From contig JBDHZC010000002.1 in assembly GCA_039811685.1 (NCBI GenBank), positions 192,001 through 256,000 of the forward strand: a stretch of DNA of 64,000 bases. Reading direction: 5' to 3'. Below the pieces are notes generated by a model. The model saw only the letters and a program-made list of their open reading frames with translations. It was not told the origin of the DNA and did no database searches. Below are positions 48,800-59,154 of the stretch, piece by piece; position 1 is the stretch's first letter, and each line of letters starts with the position of its first letter. Source of the stretch: Armatimonadota bacterium (GTDB lineage Bacteria > Armatimonadota > UBA5829 > DSUL01). A program made the position numbers and the translations under genes.

Positions 48800-49632
48800 G
48801 TAGTAACACGGCCAGGCAGGCTTTTACGCGGTTTACTCGCCGGGTCCCCATCACAAGGACGGAGCACCTGGCGGGTGACATCTACCGGCACCACATCCAC
48901 TTCCCCGAGATTGCCGAGGGCGCTCAACCGGGACAGTTTGTGGAAGTCAAGGTCAGCAACGACTTTGACCCGCTGCTTCCTCGTCCGTTTTCCGTGAATC
49001 AGGTTGACCGCGAAAACGGTGTTTTCACAATTCTCTACGAAGCGCTCGGGCAGTTTACCAAAGAGATTGCCGGGATGAGCGCTGGCGAAGAGCTGCAGAT
49101 TCTGGGGCCTCTCGGGCGGCCGTATCCACTGGGGAGCGATGAGTGTGACGAGATTGTGCTGGTGGCGGGCGGTCTGGGAATTGCGTCGTTCTATCACGCG
49201 GCGTGGACTTTGCGGGAGGCCGGTGATGAAAGGCCCGTGCGCCTGTTTTACGGAGCGCGCAACCGCCATTCGGTAGTCCAGCTTGAGGATTATGAGGCGC
49301 TGGGAGTAAGTGTTGAAGTGGTGACGGATGACGGCAGTCTGGGCGAGAAGGCGCTGGTCACCACCCCTCTGACCCGCTATCTGCAGACTCAGCCACGCCG
49401 CCCGGCTCTCTACGTCTGCGGCCCTACCCCGATGATGAAAGCGGTCAGCGAGATTGCGCAGATTGAGCGGGTGAAGTGCTATCTCTCGCTGGAGACGTAT
49501 ATGGCCTGCGGAATTGGCACGTGCGTGGGGTGTGCGATAAAGCTGCGCACGGGCGACGGAGCAGACGATTTTGTCTATGGCCGCGCCTGCGTGGAAGGGC
49601 CTGTTATTGAGGCTGAAAGACTGGTCTGGTAA
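48796..49632 (+). CDS. pyrK: Dihydroorotate dehydrogenase B electron-transfer subunit
   Basis: 'PGQF', 'RPFS', 'GGLG', 'CGP', '[11 protein letters not shown]', 'CVEGPV'. Confidence 0.95.
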   Translation: MSSNTARQAFTRFTRRVPITRTEHLAGDIYRHHIHFPEIAEGAQPGQFVEVKVSNDFDPLLPRPFSVNQVDRENGVFTILYEALGQFTKEIAGMSAGEELQILGPLGRPYPLGSDECDEIVLVAGGLGIASFYHAAWTLREAGDERPVRLFYGARNRHSVVQLEDYEALGVSVEVVTDDGSLGEKALVTTPLTRYLQTQPRRPALYVCGPTPMMKAVSEIAQIERVKCYLSLETYMACGIGTCVGCAIKLRTGDGADDFVYGRACVEGPVIEAERLVW

Positions 49633-49639
49633 CTAGAGT

Positions 49640-50599
49640 ATGACTTCAGAAACCTCCGAACAACAGAGCCTCTCAATGGCGGTTGAGATCGGCCCGGTCC
49701 GGCTCAAAAACCCTGTAACGGTCGCCTCCGGAACCTTTGGATTTGGCCGGGAATATGCGCAGCTTTTCGATTTGTCGCAGCTTGGCGGTATTTTCGTCAA
49801 AGGGACGTCTCTGGAGCCGCGCCGGGGAAATCCCCCCCAACGGATATACGAAACTGCCGCAGGAATGCTGAACTCGATCGGGCTGCAGAACGACGGCGTT
49901 GAGGCGTTTATCGCGGAGAAGCTGCCGTTTCTCAACCAGTTTGATACGCAGATTTTCGTGAACATCGTGGGAAACCGTATCGAGGAGTACGCTGAGCTGG
50001 CGCGTATTCTGGACGATCAGCCGGGAGTCGCGGGCCTTGAGATCAACATCTCATGCCCCAATGTCGAGCACGGTCACGCCGAGTTTGCGAGCGATCCTAC
50101 AGCAACCTGCAACGTAGTCAGCGCGGTACGCCGCGCGACCGGCAAGGTGGTGATTCCCAAGCTCTCTCCCAATGTGACCGATATCACCGCGTTTGCCAGG
50201 GCAAGTGAAGACGGAGGAGCGGACGCTGTCTCGCTGATCAACACTCTTGTGGGGACAGCTATCGACGTGAAGACGCGACGCTTCCGGCTGGCAAATGTTA
50301 CGGGCGGGCTTTCCGGGCCGTGCATCAAGCCCATTGCGTTGAGGATGGTCTATCAGTGCGCTCAGACTGTCTCGATTCCAGTCATCGGGATCGGCGGCAT
50401 TTCAACGTGGACGGATGCCGTTGAGTTTCTGCTGGCGGGTGCGACGGCTATTCAGGTCGGGACGGCCAGTTTCGCCAATCCGCTGGCAGCATTGGAGATC
50501 ATTGACGGCGTTGAGGCTTACCTCCAGGACAACGGCTTGAACAGCCCTTCACAAATCACAGGAAAGGTAGAAAGAGGTCCCGTTGACCCTGTCCTCTGA
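49640..50599 (+). CDS. pyrD: Dihydroorotate dehydrogenase family 1B
   Basis: 'ASGTFG', 'NSIGLQN', 'NISCPN', 'KLSPNV', 'GGLSG'. Confidence 0.97.
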   Translation: MTSETSEQQSLSMAVEIGPVRLKNPVTVASGTFGFGREYAQLFDLSQLGGIFVKGTSLEPRRGNPPQRIYETAAGMLNSIGLQNDGVEAFIAEKLPFLNQFDTQIFVNIVGNRIEEYAELARILDDQPGVAGLEINISCPNVEHGHAEFASDPTATCNVVSAVRRATGKVVIPKLSPNVTDITAFARASEDGGADAVSLINTLVGTAIDVKTRRFRLANVTGGLSGPCIKPIALRMVYQCAQTVSIPVIGIGGISTWTDAVEFLLAGATAIQVGTASFANPLAALEIIDGVEAYLQDNGLNSPSQITGKVERGPVDPVL

Positions 50600-51338
50600 G
50601 CGTTTGATTGTCGCGCTGGACTTTGCAGACGTTGCGAGCGCGCGTGAGATGACCAGCCGTCTGGCCACCTACGATATTGCCTTCAAAGTGGGGCTGGAGC
50701 TGTTTGTCGCACAAGGGCCTCGCGTTCTTGATGAGCTGCGAGAGGCAGGCGCGCGACGCTTCTTTCTGGATCTGAAGTTTCACGATATTCCCAACACGAT
50801 GGCGGGCGCCGTGCGCTCAGCGGCAAAAGAGGGAGTGTGGATGATGAACGTCCACGCAAGCGCAGGCTCCGCCGCGCTGAAAAGGTGTGCGGATGAGCTT
50901 ACGGAGGGTGCGGGGAGTTCCGGGCTTCCCAGGCCAATTCTGATTGCGGTGACCGTCCTGACCAGCCTGGACGAAAACGCTCTTGGACAGGAGCTGGGTG
51001 TTGCGCGTCCGATTGAGCAGCAGGTTATCACTCTGGCGAAGATGACGCAGGAGTGCGGACTGGACGGTGTTGTAGCGCCTGCGCCGGATGCGCGCGCGAT
51101 CCGGTCCGCATGCGGGGACGCTTTTAAGATTGTCTCGCCAGGAATCCGGCCGGCGGGCGCCCAGATAAACGATCAGGCGCGCATCAACACGCCCTCTGGC
51201 GCAATTAGAGACGGCGCTGACTACCTGGTGGTGGGACGCCCAATCACGCAGGCCGCGGATCCGGGCAAGGCGTGTGAAGAACTGCTTCGGGAAATTGGAC
51301 AGGCAATTCTCTACGAACCCAACGCAGAGAAAGCCTGA
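50583..51338 (+). CDS. pyrF: Orotidine-5'-phosphate decarboxylase
   Basis: 'IVALD', 'FLDLKFHDIPNT', 'PGIRP', 'VVGRPI'. Confidence 0.97.
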   Translation: MTLSSERLIVALDFADVASAREMTSRLATYDIAFKVGLELFVAQGPRVLDELREAGARRFFLDLKFHDIPNTMAGAVRSAAKEGVWMMNVHASAGSAALKRCADELTEGAGSSGLPRPILIAVTVLTSLDENALGQELGVARPIEQQVITLAKMTQECGLDGVVAPAPDARAIRSACGDAFKIVSPGIRPAGAQINDQARINTPSGAIRDGADYLVVGRPITQAADPGKACEELLREIGQAILYEPNAEKA

Positions 51339-51347
51339 ACCGAGACC

Positions 51348-52106
51348 CTAGCGCCGGCGATTGCGGGCAGCGCTGATCAGCTCTTCAAACAGTACGCGAA
51401 AGCGCTCCCTTACCTCCGCGTCTTTCGCCCGCTCCGGGTGCCACTGGACCGCAAAGAAATAGGGGTGACCTTGCATCTCCAGAGCCTCAATCAGCCCATC
51501 CGCTGAATGCGCCACAGCTTTGAGACCGGGCGCAAGTTCGGCTTCACTGATGCCCTGATGGTGATAGCTGTTGACTGTCATCTCGCCGTCTCCCGCAAGC
51601 GATGCAAAGTCTGAACCAGCGACGGTCTCAACATTGTGAATGGGACGCTGAGTGCCTCTGGGAAAGCGATGTTGCACGCTGGAGGACCAGGCCGGGAGAT
51701 GCAAAATCAGAGCGCCTCCGGCGGCGACGTTAAGCGTCTGCATCCCGCGGCAGATTCCCAGAACAGGCATGCTCCCCGCCAGAGCCTTCCGGGCGAGCGG
51801 TAGCTCGTACGCGTCCCGCTTTGGATCCACGGAGATGCGGTTCTGGCGCGCAAGATCAGACTCTCTGAGAGCGGCGTATTCCTTCCGCAGAGGAAACAGT
51901 GATGGCTGGATATCCACGCCACCACTGAAAATCAGCGCGTCACAGTTCAGCGCGCTCTCTTCGTCACCTTTGCCAATTAGCACAGGCACACCGCCAGCTT
52001 CGCGCACGGCGCGCCGATAATCCACAGCGCAAAGACGGCGCGGCATGCGTGTCCCGATGGTGATTCCAATGTGCGGCTTGTTTGTAGCTCTTCGTTCTGT
52101 CTCCAT
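51348..52106 (-). CDS. Peptidase C26 / gamma-glutamyl-gamma-aminobutyrate hydrolase-like glutamine amidotransferase
   Basis: 'GICRGMQTLNVAAGG', 'VNSYHHQ', 'VQWHPE'. Confidence 0.92.
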   Translation of the reverse strand: METERRATNKPHIGITIGTRMPRRLCAVDYRRAVREAGGVPVLIGKGDEESALNCDALIFSGGVDIQPSLFPLRKEYAALRESDLARQNRISVDPKRDAYELPLARKALAGSMPVLGICRGMQTLNVAAGGALILHLPAWSSSVQHRFPRGTQRPIHNVETVAGSDFASLAGDGEMTVNSYHHQGISEAELAPGLKAVAHSADGLIEALEMQGHPYFFAVQWHPERAKDAEVRERFRVLFEELISAARNRRR

Positions 52107-52172
52107 ATCTGGACGTATTGTAGCGAGGTCCCCTTTGAACAGCCAGAGACTCTCTTGCGTATAATGCTCTGC

Positions 52173-52886
52173 GTGAATGAGCGTGTTCTGGAAGTCATAC
52201 GGTTGCCCCGTCTCTCCTATGCAGACGGGCTGGAGCTTCAGAGCCGCATCGTGCGTGAGGTTCAGCAGAAATCGAGGGCCGACACACTGTTGCTATTGGA
52301 GCACGATCCGGTGATTACGCTCGGGCGAGCGTGGAAACCGGAAAACCTCCTTCACTCCAAAGCGTGGTTTCACGCGCAGGGTATTGAAGTCCAGGAAACG
52401 ACCCGGGGCGGCGATGTCACCTACCACGGCCCGGGACAACTCGTGGGCTATCCGATTATCTCATTGAGCGAACGCGGGCAGGACGTGCACCGCTATCTGC
52501 GGGACATCGAAGCCGCGCTTATCCAGACTGTTGAGAGTTTTCAGCTACAGGCACGGGCGGGGGATGACCCAACAGGAGTGTGGGTCAAGGGGCGCAAGAT
52601 AGCGGCTATCGGTATTCGCGTGCAGCGCTGGGTGACCAGCCACGGCTTTGCGCTCAATGTGAATACGGACCTCTCTGCCTTCGACCTTATTATTGCCTGT
52701 GGTTTGAAAGACAGGCAGACTACGTCACTGGCCAGGGAGACCGGTCGCGAAGTGGATATGGAGACGGCTCAGGACGCAGTCACGGCAGCGTTCTCGGAAG
52801 TTTTCGGGGCAAAGATACAGCAAAGGCCGCCAGAGGAGCTTCTCCTGACGGCCGGGAGTGGCAGAGCCTCTGAGAAGGAGCGCTAA
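52173..52886 (+). CDS. lipB: Lipoyl(octanoyl) transferase
   Basis: 'LLEHDPVITLG', 'RGGDVTYHGPGQLVGYPI', 'KIAAIG', 'HGFALN'. Start 52164 or 52173. Confidence 0.95.
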   Translation: MNERVLEVIRLPRLSYADGLELQSRIVREVQQKSRADTLLLLEHDPVITLGRAWKPENLLHSKAWFHAQGIEVQETTRGGDVTYHGPGQLVGYPIISLSERGQDVHRYLRDIEAALIQTVESFQLQARAGDDPTGVWVKGRKIAAIGIRVQRWVTSHGFALNVNTDLSAFDLIIACGLKDRQTTSLARETGREVDMETAQDAVTAAFSEVFGAKIQQRPPEELLLTAGSGRASEKER

Positions 52887-53632
52887 GCGCCTGCTTCCTG
52901 CAGGACCTCCTCAGGAATATCAAAGTTCGCAAAGACGTGCTGAACGTCGTCGTGATCTTCCAGCATATCCATCAAGCGCAGCACCTGTGAAGCCTCTTTA
53001 CCCTCCACGCGCACCGTATTCTGCGGAACCATAGTTGGCTCTGCGCTCAGAACAGCGATGCCTGCCTGATCCAGCGCTTCGCGCACCGCTGTCAGATTTT
53101 CTGGCGGACAGCTTACCTCGATCACTTCTCCGTCCACCGTCACATCTTCCGCGCCTGCGTCCATGACCGCCATCAGCACATCGTCTTCAGAAGCGTCTGA
53201 GGCGTTGACGTGAACAACTCCCTTGTTTTCAAAAATCCACCCGACGCAGCCAGTCTCACCCATATTCCCGCCGCACTTGCTGAAGATTGCCCGCAGGTCC
53301 GCGACAGTGCGGTTACGGTTGTCAGTGAGACACTGCACCATAACAGCGACGCCTCCTGACCCGTACCCTTCGTAGGTCACCTCGTCGTAGTTGACGCCTT
53401 CAAGCTCACCCGTGCCACGCTGAATAGCCCGCTTGATATTGTCCGCGGGCATGCTGTTGTCCCGCGCCTTCTGAACAGCCAGACGCAGCCGGAGATTGGT
53501 ATCCGGATTCCCTCCTCCAGCCTTGGCCGCTACGATAATTTCACGCGCCAGTTTTGTGAAGACTTTGCCGCGCTCCGCATCCTGCTTGCCTTTTCTAAGG
53601 CGGATGTTGTGCCATTTAGAGTGACCGGACAT
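52883..53632 (-). CDS. yebC: YebC/PmpR family protein
   Basis: 'MSGHSKW', 'YEGYG', 'TDNRNRT', 'DDVQHVFAN'. Confidence 0.97.
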   Translation of the reverse strand: MSGHSKWHNIRLRKGKQDAERGKVFTKLAREIIVAAKAGGGNPDTNLRLRLAVQKARDNSMPADNIKRAIQRGTGELEGVNYDEVTYEGYGSGGVAVMVQCLTDNRNRTVADLRAIFSKCGGNMGETGCVGWIFENKGVVHVNASDASEDDVLMAVMDAGAEDVTVDGEVIEVSCPPENLTAVREALDQAGIAVLSAEPTMVPQNTVRVEGKEASQVLRLMDMLEDHDDVQHVFANFDIPEEVLQEAGA

Positions 53633-53712
53633 GAAACGAACCTTTCGAGGATCAGAAGACTGAAAACGGAGTCAAACACCGTGGGCCTTCAGAGCCGCAC
53701 GCTTGCCGAAGA

Positions 53713-53721
53713 ATTATACCA
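53713..53721 (-). promoter_or_regulatory. Extended -10 promoter for yebC
   Basis: Minus strand TGgTATAAT about 80 nt upstream of the ATG. Confidence 0.55.
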
Positions 53722-53738
53722 CTGCCAGCAAAGAGATG

Positions 53739-54167
53739 TCACAAAACGATTGCGCCGGCCCCGTCCATCCATTCATGCAGCTTCTCCGCAAGGCCCTCGG
53801 TAAGCGGAAGCTCGCTCAGGCGCTCCAGCGGCCACCAGCGCACCTCGTCCGCGTCCCCTGACGGACGAAGTTCTCCCGATATCACGCGACAAAAGAAATC
53901 CACCAGAACAAAGTGAAAGCCTTCATTTCCGTCCTCCTCCGGGACGATGACCTCACTGATACCGGCCAGGCGCTCGGCCTTCACCACCAGGCCCGTCTCT
54001 TCTCTTGCTTCGCGCTGTGCGCATTCCCGCAGCCTCTCATTCAGCTCAAGATGCCCACCCGGGACACTCCACAGCCCCTTACCGGGAGCATGCCCCCGCT
54101 TGACCAGAAGAACCTCTCTGCCACGCAAAATGACCGCGCCCACGCCGACTTCTGGAGATCGCTTCAC
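53739..54167 (-). CDS. Nudix hydrolase
   Basis: Nudix box 'GGHLELNERLRECAQREAREETGL'. Confidence 0.93.
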   Translation of the reverse strand: MKRSPEVGVGAVILRGREVLLVKRGHAPGKGLWSVPGGHLELNERLRECAQREAREETGLVVKAERLAGISEVIVPEEDGNEGFHFVLVDFFCRVISGELRPSGDADEVRWWPLERLSELPLTEGLAEKLHEWMDGAGAIVL

Positions 54168-55933
54168 AGATCGCCATCCCTGAAAGCATTGGTGAGGGGC
54201 ATACGCCAGTCGCTGCCAAAGGCCTTCGAGGTGATTCTGACTCCGGGAGGCGCCTGAGCGCGCTTGTATTCACTGGCGCGCACAAGCCGGACAACTCTGA
54301 GCACAGTGTCCCTGTCGAAGCCCTGACTAACGATCGCCTCCACACCCTGATCGCCTTCGATGTGACGCAGCAGAATCCCGTCCAGAATGTCGTAGGGCGG
54401 CAGACTGTCCGTGTCTTTCTGGCCGGGACGCAGCTCAGCCGAGGGAGCGCGGTGGATGATTGAGGGGGGGATTACCTCACTGTCGCGATTTCGCCAGCGC
54501 GCAAGCTTCCACACAAGTGTCTTGTAAACGTCTTTGAGGACGGCAAACCCACCCGCCATGTCACCGTAGAGCGTAGCGTACCCAACTGCCATCTCGCTCT
54601 TGTTGCCGCACGTGAGAACGAGACTGGACTCCTTGTTGGAGAGCGCCATCAGCAGATTGCCGCGAATCCGCGCCTGTAGATTCTCGTAAGCCAGACCCGG
54701 CCCTCCGTCTTTGAACAACTCCTCCAGTTCCACCTGATAACTCTCAAAGATGCCGTCAATCGGGAGTTCAAGAAAGCGCACGCCAAAGTTGTCTGCGACG
54801 TGCTCTGCGTCTTTGCGAGTCTCTGCACTGGTGAAGCGGCCAGGCATGGAGACGGCGGTGACCCTCTCCGGGCCGAGAGCGTCACAGGCTACCGCCAGCG
54901 TCAGCGCGCTGTCAATGCCCCCAGAGAGCCCGAGAATGACGGACGGAAAAGAGTTCTTTCGGACATAATCCCGGGTTCCCACCATCAGCGCCTGGTAGGC
55001 TTCCTCAAGCTCATCCAGAGGTGGGACAATGCCAGGAATCACAGGCTGGAGATTACGTTGAAGGGAGCCTGGCAGGACAATGGTCTCGACCCGCAGGCTA
55101 TTGTCTAGCTGCTGGGGCAGGGCTTCGCTGGCGCTATCAGAACTACCATCGGAGTTGTCTTCGAGAAGCGCAACATCAGCCACCAGAAGCTGCTCCTCAA
55201 AAGCGCGCGCCCGCGCAAGCGTCGCTCCATTAGCGCCAACGATGAGAGATTGCCCGTCAAAGACCAGATCATCCTGCGCCCCGACCGTGTTGACATAACA
55301 GATGGCGCATCCCAGGCTGCGCGCGCGCTGGGCGAGTATCTCCTCTCGTTCCCGGAGTTTTCCGCGATCGTAAGGAGAAGCATTCAGGACGAGAATAAGC
55401 TGCGCTGCTCCCAGAGCCGTCTGGGCCAGCGCCGGACCGTCGTCAAGCCAGATGTCTTCGCAGATGTTGATGCCAAAGCGCACCGTGTCCAGCAAAAACA
55501 CCTGCGCGCCCAGACCTTTGTAGAAGTAGCGCTTTTCATCGAAGACACCGTAGTTGGGCAGAGCACATTTGCGGTACGCTGCGACAAAGGAGCCGTTGTG
55601 AATGACCGCAGCCGCATTGTAGAGCCCCTCTTCAGCCTCGGCGAACCCAACGACGGATACAACTCCCTGCGTGTTGCGGACAATCTCGGCCATCGCCTCC
55701 TGTGCGCTTTGCTGGAACGCAGATTTGTACAACAGGTCCTCTGGAGGGTAGCCAGTAAGCGCCAGCTCTGGAAATACGACAACATCCGCGTGCTTTTCGA
55801 CGGCCTGCCTCGTGAACTCGAGAATGGAGTCCGCATTGCCGCGCAGATCACCCACCCGCGGATTCATCTGAGCCAGAGCCACGCGAATGGTCTTCGTAGC
55901 CACTTCAGTTGTCGCCTTGTTCTCGGCCATCAA
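54164..55933 (-). CDS. nadE: Glutamine-dependent NAD+ synthetase
   Basis: Nitrilase domain ('FPEL', 'LPNYGVFDE', 'ICEDIW') and synthetase domain ('GLSGGIDS', 'ENLQARIRG', 'GNKSE', 'PSAELRPGQKD'). Confidence 0.96.
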   Translation of the reverse strand: MMAENKATTEVATKTIRVALAQMNPRVGDLRGNADSILEFTRQAVEKHADVVVFPELALTGYPPEDLLYKSAFQQSAQEAMAEIVRNTQGVVSVVGFAEAEEGLYNAAAVIHNGSFVAAYRKCALPNYGVFDEKRYFYKGLGAQVFLLDTVRFGINICEDIWLDDGPALAQTALGAAQLILVLNASPYDRGKLREREEILAQRARSLGCAICYVNTVGAQDDLVFDGQSLIVGANGATLARARAFEEQLLVADVALLEDNSDGSSDSASEALPQQLDNSLRVETIVLPGSLQRNLQPVIPGIVPPLDELEEAYQALMVGTRDYVRKNSFPSVILGLSGGIDSALTLAVACDALGPERVTAVSMPGRFTSAETRKDAEHVADNFGVRFLELPIDGIFESYQVELEELFKDGGPGLAYENLQARIRGNLLMALSNKESSLVLTCGNKSEMAVGYATLYGDMAGGFAVLKDVYKTLVWKLARWRNRDSEVIPPSIIHRAPSAELRPGQKDTDSLPPYDILDGILLRHIEGDQGVEAIVSQGFDRDTVLRVVRLVRASEYKRAQAPPGVRITSKAFGSDWRMPLTNAFRDGDL

Positions 55934-58900
55934 ACGCCTTTCCGCGACGGATCGCCCCAGGCTTCCCGCGTCAGATCACTCTCAAAAAAAACGCGCTCGT
56001 GAATCTTGCGCGACGCGACGGTATGCCTGTGGTAGTCTTCAAGAAACGCCTCCGATCCAGTGTGAGCATACCCCACCCGCCGCGCAAAACTCTTCAAAGC
56101 GTCCGGCTCGAGCGAAACACCTTCGGCCGGTACATCCGCTGCCATCTGCAGGCGGTTCTCCGCCCTTCTCAGGAACAGATAAGCGTCTATCAGAGTTTTT
56201 GCATCGCGCGCTCCCAACACTCCGGCAGCGCGAGCGGCCTTGAGGGCGCGGACCGTATTAGGTTGGCGCAGCGTTTCACGGGTTGCTCCGTACGCAAGCT
56301 GAACAATCTGAGTGGTAAACTCGATGTCCAGTATACAGCCCGGCCCTCGCTTGAGGTCCAGCAGATTCTCAGACTGAGCGGACTTTTCCGATTCAATACG
56401 GCGCTTGACGTGGCGCACCTGGTCCAGATCTTCCTGTGTCAAAGGCCGCCCCCAGACCGCCGTATGCATCTCCCGCAACAGCCGCCGGGAGAGTGGCGCA
56501 TCCCCCGCGACATGCCTTGCCCGCACCATCGCCTGACGCTCCCAGGCCTGCGCTTCCGTGTGAAGATATTGTGTGTAACCATCCAGACTAATGGCCAACA
56601 TTCCCGCGTTGCCCTGTGGACGTAGCCGCAGGTCCACCTGGAAGCCTCTGCCCTCAGCGGTCAGGCGGCTCAGTACGTCAAGAACTCTCCGCACTGCTTT
56701 GTCGAACGCACGAAATCCGTCCTGCGCTCCGGGAGCCTCCAGATAGACACACACCAGATCCAGATCCGATGAGTAGTGAAGCTCCCGTCCGCCCAGCTTG
56801 CCCATCCCGAGGATGCCGAGTCTGCCGGGCAAGGAGCCAGAAGAATCCGGACAAAGCTCGTCAATTTTGAGCGCGCTGCGCAGGCAGGCTTCGGCCAGAT
56901 CGCTGATCTCTCGCGTGACCTCCCGCACTGACGCCAGCTCGGCGACATCCTGCGCGCCAATACGCAAGAACTCCCTCAGTCTGTAGCGCCGCAGCGCATC
57001 CAAACACCCATCTCGCGTAGTCTCCTGCTTCAGACGCGCGTCCAGCTCTCCCGACATCACCCGCAGGCTTTTTGTCTCAGACAGCGTTTCGGCGCGGCTC
57101 AGCAGATCGATGTATTCTGGGTGACGCGCCAGTGCCCCACCCAGAAACTCACTGGCGCTTGCCAGACGCGCAAACACTTCCAGTGAGCCAGGGCCTGAGC
57201 CAATGGAGCGGAAGAACGATAGCGGAGACCCGGACGCACCCGCAATGCTCTGAAGCTGCGCCAGGCTCAAATCCGGATCAGGGGAGCCGGAAACAGCTTT
57301 CAGCAGCTCCGGAAGTGTCTGCAGAAATCGGCGCTGAGGCTCCGAAGAAATCTGAGAAGCGTTCTCACTGTGCAGAATCTGGCGCAAACGCCGCAACGCC
57401 TCCGCAGGCGATTCAAATCCCATCTCTGACAGTGTCCGCTGCGCATCTGAGTCCGAACCAATCAGAACAGCCCAGTCCGCATCAGACGCGTCCCGGCGAT
57501 TGAGATAGTCTTTGAAAAGACGCTGGTGAATCTGCCGCACAGCCTCTGTGTTGCGCGTGTAGTCAGCGGAAAAGCGCTCCTCAGCTCTTTCCCGGTTCTC
57601 GTCCCGGTAGCCCAGACTGAGCGCCAGCGAGCGAAGCTGAGCCGGATCATCAGGAAGTCGCTGCGTTGGCAGCTCGTCGGATAGCTGCAACCTGTGCTCC
57701 ACCTGCCGCAGGAAAATGTAAGCCGCTTCCAGCACAGCGGACTCTTGTGCGCTCAATAGCTCCAGCCCTTCCAGCGCGGCTACAGCGTCCAGTGTCGCGG
57801 GTGAGCGCGCCTGAGGATGCGCGTTCCCAGCTACAAGCTGCAGAAGCTGCACCGTAAACTCCACATCCCGAATACCGCCCCAGCCATACTTGACCTGACG
57901 CTCCATGGAGCCGTTTTCGGCGCGCACGTGCTCAGAGCGATCTTTGAGTGACAAAATATGGGCGATAGAAATCGAATCCATCGGTCTGGCAAAGGCGAAG
58001 TTCTGGATGAACTCATCCACTTTTTCTCTCAGCGCAGGTGGCCCGGCGATAGTCCGCGCTTTGATGAGCGCCTGGCGCTCCCACGGCTCGCTCCAGGATT
58101 CGTAGTAGTTGAGGAACTGAGAAACGGAGCAACCGACCGGCCCGGATGCCCCGAATGGCCGCAGGCGGAGGTCCACGCGGTACATCCGGCCCTGCGCGGA
58201 CATAGCGCCCAGAGCTTCAACGACTGAGCGCGCGAGCTTGTCGTAGAAAGGCTGCTCTCTATCCGACAAGTCCTGCGAGAGGTCCCACACAAAAGCAAGA
58301 TCAATGTCTGAGGAGTAGTTTAGCTCGCGCGCGCCAAGCTTTCCGAAAGCGATAACAGCAAACGCATCCGGCTTGTCGCCATCAAAGCGCTGAAACTCAT
58401 GGCACACAGCAAGGGTCTGACCCACCAGAGCCGCTGCCAGGTCCGAGATTTCGCCGACAATCTCCTGGAAACTGCCTATGCCAGTCAACTCGCGCGCTCC
58501 AATGCGTAGATACTCGCGCCGGCGCATTCTGCGAAGAGCGTCCAGTTGATTCACGCGATCCTGAAAAACGTCCACCGCGTCAGCCGCCTCCAGACGCAGA
58601 TCCGCCAGCGTCTTTGCGCACGTAAGGCCCTGCGTATCCGCCAGGAGGTCCAGATACTCAGGGTTGATTACGAGCAGATCCGCCAGAGCCCGGCTGGCGC
58701 CGGCTACGGAGAAGAAAACTTCGAGACAGGCGGGATCATCGGCCATCCGGCGGTACAATGAGGACCGCTGCCCAAAAGCGTCGGCGAGCCTGTCAAGCTG
58801 CAAGAGACAGTGCTCTGGACTGGAAGAGGTGGAACACGCGTGGAGGACAGTTGGCAGTACCTCGGCCAGAGCTATGCGGTCTGACGGAGTGGGGCACATT

Positions 58901-59016
58901 CTCTGAAGCAACAGATCCACCCTGTGCGCGTCAGGGAAAGCGTAAGGCGACAGCAGAGACTCAACTTGCGAGTCTTCCAGATCCGGAGCAAGGAGCAGGT
59001 CGCGCACATCAGCCAT
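55930..59016 (-). CDS. glnE: Bifunctional glutamine synthetase adenylyltransferase/deadenylyltransferase
   Basis: Two nucleotidyltransferase domains: 'GKLGARELNYSSDIDL' and 'GKLGGRELHYSSDLDL'; 'VDLRLRP' and 'WERQA' each occur twice. Confidence 0.95.
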   Translation of the reverse strand: MADVRDLLLAPDLEDSQVESLLSPYAFPDAHRVDLLLQRMCPTPSDRIALAEVLPTVLHACSTSSSPEHCLLQLDRLADAFGQRSSLYRRMADDPACLEVFFSVAGASRALADLLVINPEYLDLLADTQGLTCAKTLADLRLEAADAVDVFQDRVNQLDALRRMRRREYLRIGARELTGIGSFQEIVGEISDLAAALVGQTLAVCHEFQRFDGDKPDAFAVIAFGKLGARELNYSSDIDLAFVWDLSQDLSDREQPFYDKLARSVVEALGAMSAQGRMYRVDLRLRPFGASGPVGCSVSQFLNYYESWSEPWERQALIKARTIAGPPALREKVDEFIQNFAFARPMDSISIAHILSLKDRSEHVRAENGSMERQVKYGWGGIRDVEFTVQLLQLVAGNAHPQARSPATLDAVAALEGLELLSAQESAVLEAAYIFLRQVEHRLQLSDELPTQRLPDDPAQLRSLALSLGYRDENRERAEERFSADYTRNTEAVRQIHQRLFKDYLNRRDASDADWAVLIGSDSDAQRTLSEMGFESPAEALRRLRQILHSENASQISSEPQRRFLQTLPELLKAVSGSPDPDLSLAQLQSIAGASGSPLSFFRSIGSGPGSLEVFARLASASEFLGGALARHPEYIDLLSRAETLSETKSLRVMSGELDARLKQETTRDGCLDALRRYRLREFLRIGAQDVAELASVREVTREISDLAEACLRSALKIDELCPDSSGSLPGRLGILGMGKLGGRELHYSSDLDLVCVYLEAPGAQDGFRAFDKAVRRVLDVLSRLTAEGRGFQVDLRLRPQGNAGMLAISLDGYTQYLHTEAQAWERQAMVRARHVAGDAPLSRRLLREMHTAVWGRPLTQEDLDQVRHVKRRIESEKSAQSENLLDLKRGPGCILDIEFTTQIVQLAYGATRETLRQPNTVRALKAARAAGVLGARDAKTLIDAYLFLRRAENRLQMAADVPAEGVSLEPDALKSFARRVGYAHTGSEAFLEDYHRHTVASRKIHERVFFESDLTREAWGDPSRKGV

Positions 59017-59062
59017 TTGTGAGGGAATCAGCCCTCCGGGACACGAGAGCGCCGCATGGGTA

Positions 59063-59114
59063 GCGGTGAGTTGAGTGTGGCCGCAGCATTAACCACAGCA
59101 TACCGGCTCACCGC
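59063..59114. other. Inverted repeat between rpoD and glnE
   Basis: GCGGTGAG...CTCACCGC with inner TGTGG/CCACA; no U-tract. Confidence 0.4.
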
Positions 59115-59154
59115 AGGACCTCGCCACTTCGCACGTGCGAGCTAGACTGAAATA

